In this document: positions 28,351-36,333 of the stretch, in pieces | How the letters are laid out: every line of letters begins with the position of its first letter | How positions within the stretch are numbered: position 1 is the first letter of the stretch | Notes under the pieces: model-generated | Seen by the model: only the letters and a program-made list of their open reading frames with translations | Told to the model about the DNA's origin: nothing | Databases searched by the model: none | Source of the DNA: Thermoanaerobaculia bacterium | Lineage (GTDB): Bacteria; Acidobacteriota; Thermoanaerobaculia; Multivoradales; JAIOJS01 | Assembly (NCBI GenBank): GCA_030429235.1 | Contig: JAUIDB010000007.1 | Span: forward strand, 52,677 to 116,676 | Direction of reading: 5' to 3' | DNA length: 64,000 nt | Translations under genes and position numbers: made by a program

Positions 28351-29973
28351 ATGCGACACATCGCCTCCCTTTCTTCTGGCGCGGCCCTGCTACTGGCCCT
28401 GGTCTCGACCTTCCCGGGGGGAGGGGCGCGGCCGGCAGTGGCGCAGGCGAACCCCGGCGCTGGTGTGGAGGCCTTCGGCGAAACCGTCGACGTCCACCTG
28501 GTGACGGTGGAAGTCTCGGTCAAGGCTTTCTTGGGTGAGCGCAACCACATGGAGTTCACCGCCGAAGACTTCGAAATCTACGAGGACGGCGAGCCGCGAC
28601 CGATCACCCACTTCGAGAGGATGGCTGAGGGTCAGATGTCGAGCGTGGTCGCGCCGGTCGCGGCGGCGGGATCTTCCGTCGTCGGCACCCCGCGTACCGT
28701 TCCCCGCTCGGTGGTTCTCGCCTTCGACCTCGCGAGCCTCCGGGGTCACGAGATCCAGCGTGTGGCCCAGCGCGCGTTGCACTACGTCGAGACCTCGGCC
28801 GACCCGACGGTACGCTGGGCGATCGTCACCGTCGGTCCAGGGTCGCGGGTTCTCCTGCCGTTCACCGCTGAAAGGCCTGCCCTGCGGGCGGTCTTGAATT
28901 CGCTCACGGATCAGGCGCCAGGGGTTCCGATCATGGGCTGGGGAGTCGGTTCGTTCATCGATCTGCCCGAGCCAGCGCCCGAGGAGCCTCTTCCTACTGA
29001 CCAGGAGCGGTTCGCTGATCTCCAGTCGGTGGACCAGCTTATCGGGTACAGCACGTCTCGCGTGGCCAAGATGCGGGCGCACGCCCTCTTCGACTCGTTG
29101 CGCCAGCTGCTGCAAGGTTGGTCGAGCCTCGAGGGCGCCAAGGACCTGGTGATGTTCTACCGGCCGGGCCTGAGCTACCTACCCCCCAACTCGGGCCGGG
29201 TCTCGATCTCGGACCTGCACCAGATCCACGAGGAGGTCGAGGACGTGGCCCGCTGGGCGGCGGCGGCTGGTTTCAGCCTGCACGCTCTCGACGCAGGGGG
29301 CTTGTCGAATCCGGCCGTGGATGACCAGGCTCGAAGCCTGACAGACGGGCATACGGTGCCCCAGGCCCTGGCGGTGGAGAGCGGAGGCCGCCACCTGGCT
29401 CTCAACGATCTCGGGCGGGGCCTCGATCTGGCCACCGACCGTTCCCGCAATCACTATCGGCTCTCCTTCCAGGTCGCGCGGGCCGCCGATGGCCGGGAGC
29501 ACGAGATCGAGGTCAAGCTGCGGCACCCCGGGCTGTTCCGGGTGCGGCACCCGACCACCTACCTCGACCTGACTCCGCGGCAGCGGCTGCTGCACCAACT
29601 CGCGACTTCGGCCAACATTCCCAAGACGGCGGATCGGCTACCGGTGGCTCTGGTGGTTCGGGTCCTGCCCGAACGGAAGGGTCGGATGCCCCTGCACGCG
29701 TTGCTCTCGGTTCCGGCCGAGCGTCTCGGGCTACTCTGGGACGAGGAGCGGCGGACCGCCGAGGTCGAGTTCTTTCTCGCCGTCTACGACGCGCGGGGGG
29801 AGCTGATGGCGGTCGAGAGCGAACGACGCAGTGTCGAGCAGCCGGCGACCGGCGAGCAGCTCAGCCAGGTGTTCTCGACCGAGCTACCGGCCGGGAACTA
29901 CACCATCGCCATGGAGGCGCTCGACACCGTCGATGGCAACGTCGGGATGGACTACGCTCAGATCCACCCCTAG
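28351..29973 (+). CDS. VWFA-related Acidobacterial domain protein (TIGR03436-like)
   Basis: ATG at 28351 (MRHIASLSSGAALLLALVS). Signature N-terminal block VDVHLVTVEVSVKA...FTAEDFEIYEDGEPRPITHFER. The track ORF starts earlier (27979) in the same frame, but the signal peptide begins at 28351. Confidence 0.75.
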   Translation: MRHIASLSSGAALLLALVSTFPGGGARPAVAQANPGAGVEAFGETVDVHLVTVEVSVKAFLGERNHMEFTAEDFEIYEDGEPRPITHFERMAEGQMSSVVAPVAAAGSSVVGTPRTVPRSVVLAFDLASLRGHEIQRVAQRALHYVETSADPTVRWAIVTVGPGSRVLLPFTAERPALRAVLNSLTDQAPGVPIMGWGVGSFIDLPEPAPEEPLPTDQERFADLQSVDQLIGYSTSRVAKMRAHALFDSLRQLLQGWSSLEGAKDLVMFYRPGLSYLPPNSGRVSISDLHQIHEEVEDVARWAAAAGFSLHALDAGGLSNPAVDDQARSLTDGHTVPQALAVESGGRHLALNDLGRGLDLATDRSRNHYRLSFQVARAADGREHEIEVKLRHPGLFRVRHPTTYLDLTPRQRLLHQLATSANIPKTADRLPVALVVRVLPERKGRMPLHALLSVPAERLGLLWDEERRTAEVEFFLAVYDARGELMAVESERRSVEQPATGEQLSQVFSTELPAGNYTIAMEALDTVDGNVGMDYAQIHP

Positions 29974-31136
29974 CGACGGTCGGCCTCGGGCGCGGCACCA
30001 AAGGCCAACAGCAGGCCATCGAGGTTGCCCAAGATCAGGTATCCGTTGCCGACCGCGGGCGAGGCGGTGAAGTCGCTGCCGCCATCAAACTGCCAACGGA
30101 CGCTGCCGTCCGCCAGATCGAGGGCGTACAGATGACCGCTGAGCGACGCGACGAAGACCCGGTCTCCGACGATGACTGGCGACGAGTCCACCCGGGCTGG
30201 AGTCGAGTGGCTCCAGATCAGGGAGCCGGTCGTCAGGTCGAGCGCGTGGACCCGTTTGTCGCGACCGCCGATCACGGCGCGGCCGTCGCGCACGGCCGGC
30301 GACGAGTAGAAGGGGAACTCGCTCGACGGCGGGTCGTAGCTCCACTGCGTGGCCGCTTTCTCGAGATCGATCCCCAGGACGCGGCTCTCCATCGTGCCCA
30401 CGATGGCTTGACTTCCCACGATGGCGGAGCTTCCGGCGAGGATCGCACCGAGGTCCGCCTGCCGCCGCTCCGCACCGGTGGCAGCGTCGATCTCGCGGAA
30501 GACGCCATCGCACCCGCCGACGAACAACGACCCACCGACCACCGCCGGAGTGGCGTTGACGTAGGAGGCGGTCTCCAACTTCCAGGCCAGCGAACCATCC
30601 TTCTTCTGCAGGGCGTAGACGAACTGGTCGTAGGAGCCGAACAGCACGAGATCGCCGAAGAAGTTGGCCGAGGAGGTGATCCCACTGTCGGCGAGAAAGC
30701 TCCAACGCTGCTCGCCCGTGGTGCGATCGAGGGCGTGGAAGACGCCCCCTTCGTCGCCCAGGTAGAGGGTGTCGCCCAGGACCGAAGGAGAGGATTTGAT
30801 CGGGTGCTCGGCCACGAACTGCCAGCGTTCACCGCCGGTGGCGAGGTCCAGAGCGTAGACGTGCCCGGCGTCGCTGGCCACGTAGACCGTATCGCCGACG
30901 ATGGCCGCGGTCGACTCGATGCCGCCCTCGGCATCGAAACTCCACAGCGGAACGAGCTCCGCCGGCAGCGGGTCGGTGGCGACGCCGGTCAACGCGGCGT
31001 CGCCGCGGAAGGAGGGCCAATCCGCCGCCGCCGTCGAGGCCAGTGCGAGTCCGGTGCCGATCAACAGGAGCCGGCCGAGGGGCCGGAAGCCAAGGCTGCC
31101 CAGCCGGGTTCGGGGGTGGGGGTCAAGCAACGCCAC
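29970..31136 (-). CDS. PQQ-like beta-propeller repeat protein
   Basis: GTG at 31136 with AGGAGC SD 6 nt upstream. Signal-like N-terminus, then DWPSFRGDAALTG and repeated blades. Confidence 0.7.
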   Translation of the reverse strand: MALLDPHPRTRLGSLGFRPLGRLLLIGTGLALASTAAADWPSFRGDAALTGVATDPLPAELVPLWSFDAEGGIESTAAIVGDTVYVASDAGHVYALDLATGGERWQFVAEHPIKSSPSVLGDTLYLGDEGGVFHALDRTTGEQRWSFLADSGITSSANFFGDLVLFGSYDQFVYALQKKDGSLAWKLETASYVNATPAVVGGSLFVGGCDGVFREIDAATGAERRQADLGAILAGSSAIVGSQAIVGTMESRVLGIDLEKAATQWSYDPPSSEFPFYSSPAVRDGRAVIGGRDKRVHALDLTTGSLIWSHSTPARVDSSPVIVGDRVFVASLSGHLYALDLADGSVRWQFDGGSDFTASPAVGNGYLILGNLDGLLLAFGAAPEADRR

Positions 31137-32307
31137 GGTAAAGCTCCTCGAAGTCGGACGCCGTGAGAGGGCGTGGATTGTAGGTACCGGTCCACTCCTC
31201 GGTGGCGAGGGCGGCGAGTTCGGCCCAACGGCCCGCCTCCACTCCGAGTGCGCCGAGCCCGTCGGGGAGGCCGAGGCTGCGACCGATCTCCTGCAGTCGG
31301 GCCGCCAGCGTGGCCGCACCGCCCAGGGCCTCGTAGCGGCTCGCGACCTCGGAGTCCGCACCGTTGAAGCGAACCACCGCCGGCAGCAGCAGTCCAACCG
31401 CCACGCCGTGCCGCACCCCGCAGCGTGCCGTCAGGGGATTGGCGGCGGCGTGGGCCGCACCGAGCATCGATTGTTCGATGGCGGCGCCGGCCAGGTGGGC
31501 CCCGAGGGCCATGCGACCGAGGGCCGACTCGCTCCCGGCCAGCGCCTCCTCCCACGCGGGTTCCAGGAGGTGCCAGGCGAGCAGCGACAGGGTGCGAGAG
31601 GTCGGGGTGGCGGCGCGGCTCACCAGGCTCTCTACGGCGTGCGACAGGGCATCGAGCGCGGCGGCGGCCGCGATCGCCGGGGGGGCGGTGGCCAGGATCG
31701 ACGGGTCGAGTAGCACCGCCGAGTAGCGAGCTCCGGCGGCGCCACACGCCATCTTGCGCCCACTTTCGGGATGGGAGAGCACCGCGTAGGCCTGGGCCTC
31801 CGAACCGGTGCCGGCGGTGGCCGGAATCGCCACGGAGGGCCACATCGGTTCGCTGGTTTCGACGTAACCCCAATAGTCGGCCATCTTGCCCCCCTGGGTC
31901 AGCAGAAGGTGCAGACCCTTGGCGGCGTCGAGCACGCTGCCCCCGCCGAGGGCGACCAGGCTGTCGATCGGTTCGTCCCGCAGCCGTCCCGCCGTCGCTT
32001 CGACCCACTCGGTGGTGGGATTCTCGGTGACTTCGTCGACCACGATCGGTTCCAGTCCAGCCGCGGCGAGCGAGTTCCACACCACGTCGACCTGACCGGC
32101 GTCGGTCATGCCGCGGTCGGTGATGAGAAGAGGCGTCTGTCCCCGACCAGCGATCCAGGCACCGGCCCGGTCGGCGTAGCCGATCCCGGCGTGCAGCTCG
32201 ATCCCGGCGAGTCGGGCCGTCCAGGGGTCGGCCCCGCGCCGCGACTGGAGCAGCGGCGGCAGTCGGCGGAGTGCGGCCAGATCACGGCGCGCCTCCGCCT
32301 CGGACAT
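31123..32307 (-). CDS. Iron-containing alcohol dehydrogenase
   Basis: ATG (MSEAEARRDL). Motifs LVALGGGSVLDAAKG and GTGSEAQAYAVLSHPESGRK. About 394 aa. Confidence 0.8.
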   Translation of the reverse strand: MSEAEARRDLAALRRLPPLLQSRRGADPWTARLAGIELHAGIGYADRAGAWIAGRGQTPLLITDRGMTDAGQVDVVWNSLAAAGLEPIVVDEVTENPTTEWVEATAGRLRDEPIDSLVALGGGSVLDAAKGLHLLLTQGGKMADYWGYVETSEPMWPSVAIPATAGTGSEAQAYAVLSHPESGRKMACGAAGARYSAVLLDPSILATAPPAIAAAAALDALSHAVESLVSRAATPTSRTLSLLAWHLLEPAWEEALAGSESALGRMALGAHLAGAAIEQSMLGAAHAAANPLTARCGVRHGVAVGLLLPAVVRFNGADSEVASRYEALGGAATLAARLQEIGRSLGLPDGLGALGVEAGRWAELAALATEEWTGTYNPRPLTASDFEELYRGVA

Positions 32308-32318
32308 CAGGTAGCCGG

Positions 32319-33788
32319 TCACCGGGGTGATGGACTCCCAGCGCTCGTAGCGAGGTCGTGCTGCAACGCGCGCTGCTCGAACAGGTGGTGGAACAGGTTC
32401 CCCTCGTGCGGTTGATCCCACGATACCCGAGTGGTGGGAATCGCTCCCAGGTTGAGTCGGTCGACGCGCCGGTCGTCGAGGAAGCGTCGCTGGAATCCGG
32501 GGTCGTCACTGATCACCGACAGCACCAACGTCTCGCCCAGGTGATCGATCAGTTGCTCTGTGGGAGCTTCGACGATCGTGACCAGCGGGAAGAGCAGCTC
32601 GGTCTGAGCCAGCAGGTGGGTCGGGTCGTCGGTGTAGAGGACGGTGGGGAGAAGGAAACTCGAGCCGTCGACGGTGGCGACCCGGCCCGCCGCTCCCGGA
32701 TCCCGGAACCGAGCGGTGAGGTCCTCGGCGCGGCCGCCGGCCAATCGTTGCTCGACGAACTGCGAGACCGCCTCGGCGGCCGCCGCCGAGGGTTGGGCTG
32801 CCAGGGCCGCCGCCGGGTCGTCGAGGGCGCGAGCCGGAATCGTGGACAGCTTTTCGGCCAGGGCCAGACCGAACTGGTGACCGTGCGATGGCATCCACAC
32901 TCCCGAGGCGTTGATGCAGGAACGTCCGCCGTTGGCCGCCACCGACTCGGCGACGAGCTCCAGGTGATCGGCGGCTCGCGCCGCGCAGTCGGGGCCGAAG
33001 AGCACCTTGCTCCAGCCGGGGCCGTGCAGCTGCACGCCCGGGTCGTGGCGCCAGGGGGCGACGGTGGCGCGATCGCCGAACAGCAGGGAGCGTCCACTGC
33101 GCAGCAAGATCTCGGCCGCACCGGCATGGCTCGTCGGGTAGATCCCGAGCATGGCGGGTGGGGTACCGGCGGCGAGCAGCGCCTGGGCGATGCGCATCGG
33201 TGTCCAGGGCTCCTGGCGACCCGGTTTCAGGGCGAGACAGGTCTTCAGGGCCAGGGCCGGAATCCACAGAGAGTGGACCCCCGGGGAGTTCGAGGGCAGA
33301 ACGGCACCCAACAGGTCGCTGGTGCGTCGGAACGAGACCATCCGCTCGTCCTCGTGCCAACCGTCGTCGATCGCGTCGAGGGGAAGGTCGCGGGTCAGGC
33401 CAGCCAGCACCCGCTCCATCTCGCGTAGGACGAAGGCAATCTTGTCCATGTTGCGCCGGCCCATCGCCAGCGGCATGCCGGTGGTGGCGGCGAGGTGGGC
33501 GAGATAGTCCTCTCGGCCGTGCGACCGCTGGCCCGCCGGTAGTTCGCCGTCGAGGAAGAGCTCGGCGGCCTTCCCGCAGATCCCCACCAGCTCCTCGCAG
33601 CGGATGCCGTCGCGGAGCGACCGCGCCTCGGCCTGGGTCTCGGTCAGGTCGCGAGCGATGAGCCCGGGGTTGGCTAGAGAGAGCTCGGCGACACGTTGGC
33701 CGGTACGGAGATCGGCCAGCGGCTGGACGTCGAGGCTACGGTAGGGCGAACCGCGCCGCAGAACGGGTAGGTGCAACACCGGATCCAA
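32319..33788 (-). CDS. Aldehyde dehydrogenase superfamily protein, LuxC-like acyl-CoA/acyl-protein reductase
   Basis: 489 aa. ALDH-like catalytic region HGPGWSKVLF...ANGGRSCINASGVWMP (Cys in a GQxCxAxSR-like context). Lies 5 nt downstream of the adenylating-enzyme gene. Confidence 0.65.
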   Translation of the reverse strand: MDPVLHLPVLRRGSPYRSLDVQPLADLRTGQRVAELSLANPGLIARDLTETQAEARSLRDGIRCEELVGICGKAAELFLDGELPAGQRSHGREDYLAHLAATTGMPLAMGRRNMDKIAFVLREMERVLAGLTRDLPLDAIDDGWHEDERMVSFRRTSDLLGAVLPSNSPGVHSLWIPALALKTCLALKPGRQEPWTPMRIAQALLAAGTPPAMLGIYPTSHAGAAEILLRSGRSLLFGDRATVAPWRHDPGVQLHGPGWSKVLFGPDCAARAADHLELVAESVAANGGRSCINASGVWMPSHGHQFGLALAEKLSTIPARALDDPAAALAAQPSAAAAEAVSQFVEQRLAGGRAEDLTARFRDPGAAGRVATVDGSSFLLPTVLYTDDPTHLLAQTELLFPLVTIVEAPTEQLIDHLGETLVLSVISDDPGFQRRFLDDRRVDRLNLGAIPTTRVSWDQPHEGNLFHHLFEQRALQHDLATSAGSPSPR

Positions 33789-33793
33789 GGTCC

Positions 33794-34912
33794 CTAGTAC
33801 ACCCCGACCACGACCGACTCGCCGAAGCGCTGGAAGAGCCGCAGACCACTGACGCCATCCCAGGGATAGGCGACGATCGGCGCCTCGCGCTCCCCCTCGT
33901 CTCGCTCCAGGAATCGAGGCATGAAGAACTCGCGGGTCAGGGTGGTGAGCATGACGCGTCCGGTCTCGCCGTAGTCCACCGTACGGGACGGGTCGTCGGG
34001 GTCGACCAGATCGAAGATCGCACGCGGATGCGGCGGGTAGTAGGTGATGGTGTAGTCCGGATCACCACCCCCCTCCGGCTCGGCGACGAAGGGCCGCGAG
34101 CAGGCCAGCCCCATCAGGGTGTTGCCGTAGGTCGGGATGAAATCGATGCCAGGCACCAGCTCCTCGCGTGCGAAGCGGTGGAACTGAGCGTTCATCTCGG
34201 TACCGCCGCAGAAGATCCCGCGGATGCCGAGCTTGACGAGAGAGACCTTCTCGCAGAGCGCCTCCAGCAGTTTGGGGGTGGTGAAGAGGCAGCGGACCCC
34301 GTCGTGGCCCCGCAGGATCTTGAGCGCCTGATCGATCACGTGCTCCTTGTAGGCGGCCATCTCCTGGTGGCGGCCGCCTCGCACCAGTTTGTTCACCCAG
34401 CGTGGGTCGAGGTCGACGTGGAAGGCGGCTCCTCCCCGGTGTTGGGCCAGGTGCTCGATCGCCAGACGGAGGCGGCGCGGTCCAGTGGGGCCCAGCATCA
34501 GCCAGTCGCTGCCGGGGGGAAAGCTCTCGTCCGACAGAGTGTCGCTGTAGAGCTCGTAGTCGGTCTGGAAGTCGCGGATGTTGATGCGGCTCTTGGGCAG
34601 GCCGGTGCTGCCGCCGGTTTCGAAAACGTACAGCGGCTGTCCCGCCAATCCCTGGGGCACCCACCGTCGGATTGGCCCACCGCGCAACCACTCGTCCTGG
34701 AAGTGGCCGAGGCGATGCAGGTCGGCGTAGCCGCCGATGACGTCTCGGGGATCGAAGTCGAGACCTTCGGCGTATTCGAGCCAGAAGGGACAGCCCGTGG
34801 CCCGATCGAAGTGCCAGGCGACCATCTCGCGCACGTGAGCGTCGAGGCGCTCACGGGCGTCCGCGATCGCCTCGGCTCCCGCCGGAGCCGCCAGAGCCGC
34901 GGCGTCGCTCAC
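33794..34912 (-). CDS. LuxE/PaaK-like adenylate-forming enzyme (acyl-protein synthetase / phenylacetate-CoA ligase-like)
   Basis: AMP-binding P-loop-like motif FETGGSTGLPKS. GTG at 34912 overlaps the stop of the upstream PQQ gene (GTGA). The track ORF extends to 34978. Confidence 0.65.
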   Translation of the reverse strand: MSDAAALAAPAGAEAIADARERLDAHVREMVAWHFDRATGCPFWLEYAEGLDFDPRDVIGGYADLHRLGHFQDEWLRGGPIRRWVPQGLAGQPLYVFETGGSTGLPKSRINIRDFQTDYELYSDTLSDESFPPGSDWLMLGPTGPRRLRLAIEHLAQHRGGAAFHVDLDPRWVNKLVRGGRHQEMAAYKEHVIDQALKILRGHDGVRCLFTTPKLLEALCEKVSLVKLGIRGIFCGGTEMNAQFHRFAREELVPGIDFIPTYGNTLMGLACSRPFVAEPEGGGDPDYTITYYPPHPRAIFDLVDPDDPSRTVDYGETGRVMLTTLTREFFMPRFLERDEGEREAPIVAYPWDGVSGLRLFQRFGESVVVGVY

Positions 34913-36333
34913 CGTCCCTCCGCGCCCTTCTCGGCCGCCTCGGCGGGAGCGGGTTTGGCTCCCTCGGCGATCGCCCACAGGTGGTTGCGGGTGGCCACGT
35001 AGAGCACGCCGTCTTCCGCCACCGGCGTGGTGTAGGTCGCGCTGCCCATGTTGATCTCGTCGATCACCTCGAGCTCCTTGCCGGTCTTCAAGATGGCGAT
35101 ATCGCCATCTTCGTCCCCCATGTAGACCTTGCCGTCGGCGACGAAGGCGGAACCCCAGACGGCGGCGAAAGCATCGTAGGTCCAGAAGTGTTCACCGGTG
35201 TTGGCATCGAGAGCGTAGAGACGACCGGAGAGGTCCGGGATGTACAGGATCCCGTCGGCGATCGCGGCGGTGGAGATCGTGCGTCCGAACTCCTCGCCTC
35301 CGCGGTGCCAGACGGCGCCGCTGGCCGTGATGTCGCCGCTGCCGGAGGCGTCGATGACCCAGAAGTTCCCGGGGCCCTCTCCGTGCTCGGGGTCCTGACC
35401 GACCCCGATGTAGACCTTGCCGTCGTGGAACACCGGCGTGCCCACCAGGTTGTTGCGGGTTCCCATGCCCCCGAGCTCCCAGATGGAGTCCTTGGGGTTG
35501 GTGTCGAACTTCCAGATCAGCTTGCCGCTCTTGGGGTCGAGGGAGTAGACCCAGCCGTCGCCCCCCGGGAAGATCACCTGGGCTCGCCCGCCGGCTTCGC
35601 CGTAGGCCGGGTTCGACCACTGACCGTGCAGGATGTTGCCAGCCGGGAGATCGCTCTCCCACACCAGTTCGCCGGTCCTCTTGTTGACGGCGATGAAGCT
35701 AGGGCCGAGCGGGGAGGGGATATTGACGTGCCCTTCGTCGACGCCGTTGCCGGTGACGGTGAACAGGATGTCGCCGATGATCAGGGGGCTCCCGGCGGCC
35801 AGGTTGTGGGGGAAGACATCGAGTTCTTCGATCATGTCGAGCGACCACTTGGTGTCCCCGGTCGCGGTTTCGGCCGCGATGACGTGGGCCTTGTTCGACA
35901 CGTAGTAGATCGTCTCGCCCTCGATGTAGGGCGTCGAGCAGATTCCCTGGTAGGGCCAATCGTGGACCCGGCCGGCGGACAGCTTGTCGTGCACCACCTG
36001 CCAACGGAAGTCACCGCTCTCCTTGTCGAACGCCATCAGAACGCCTTTGTCGCCCTGGATCGAAGGATCCCGCGGCACTTCGTTGTTGGTGCCGATGTAC
36101 ACCGCGTCGCCGGCGACCACCGGGCCACCGTAGCTCTGTGACCCGAGGGCCTGGTCCCACTTGATGTTCTCGCCGCTGTCCGCGTCCCAACCGGCGGGCA
36201 GGTTCTTGGCCGAGGAGACCATGTTGCGAGAGGGCGTGCCGCCGAACATGGCGGGATCGGAGGCGATGCCCGGGGCGGCGAGAGCACCGACCGCGAGAAA
36301 CGAGACGAGCGAGCGAAGGACAGAACAGTTCAT
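34909..36333 (-). CDS. PQQ-like beta-propeller repeat protein (secreted)
   Basis: ATG (MNCSVLRSLVSFLAVGALAAPG signal peptide), then DPAMFGGTPSRN and eight blades. ATGA overlap with the upstream gene. Confidence 0.75.
   Translation of the reverse strand: MNCSVLRSLVSFLAVGALAAPGIASDPAMFGGTPSRNMVSSAKNLPAGWDADSGENIKWDQALGSQSYGGPVVAGDAVYIGTNNEVPRDPSIQGDKGVLMAFDKESGDFRWQVVHDKLSAGRVHDWPYQGICSTPYIEGETIYYVSNKAHVIAAETATGDTKWSLDMIEELDVFPHNLAAGSPLIIGDILFTVTGNGVDEGHVNIPSPLGPSFIAVNKRTGELVWESDLPAGNILHGQWSNPAYGEAGGRAQVIFPGGDGWVYSLDPKSGKLIWKFDTNPKDSIWELGGMGTRNNLVGTPVFHDGKVYIGVGQDPEHGEGPGNFWVIDASGSGDITASGAVWHRGGEEFGRTISTAAIADGILYIPDLSGRLYALDANTGEHFWTYDAFAAVWGSAFVADGKVYMGDEDGDIAILKTGKELEVIDEINMGSATYTTPVAEDGVLYVATRNHLWAIAEGAKPAPAEAAEKGAEGR

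Noticed and set aside
31061-32080. ORFs 31061..32080 -, 31425..32030 + and others inside the Fe-ADH gene in alternative frames.
   Set aside because: Arg/Pro-rich nonsense translations. The Fe-ADH frame carries the GGGSxxD and metal-binding motifs.
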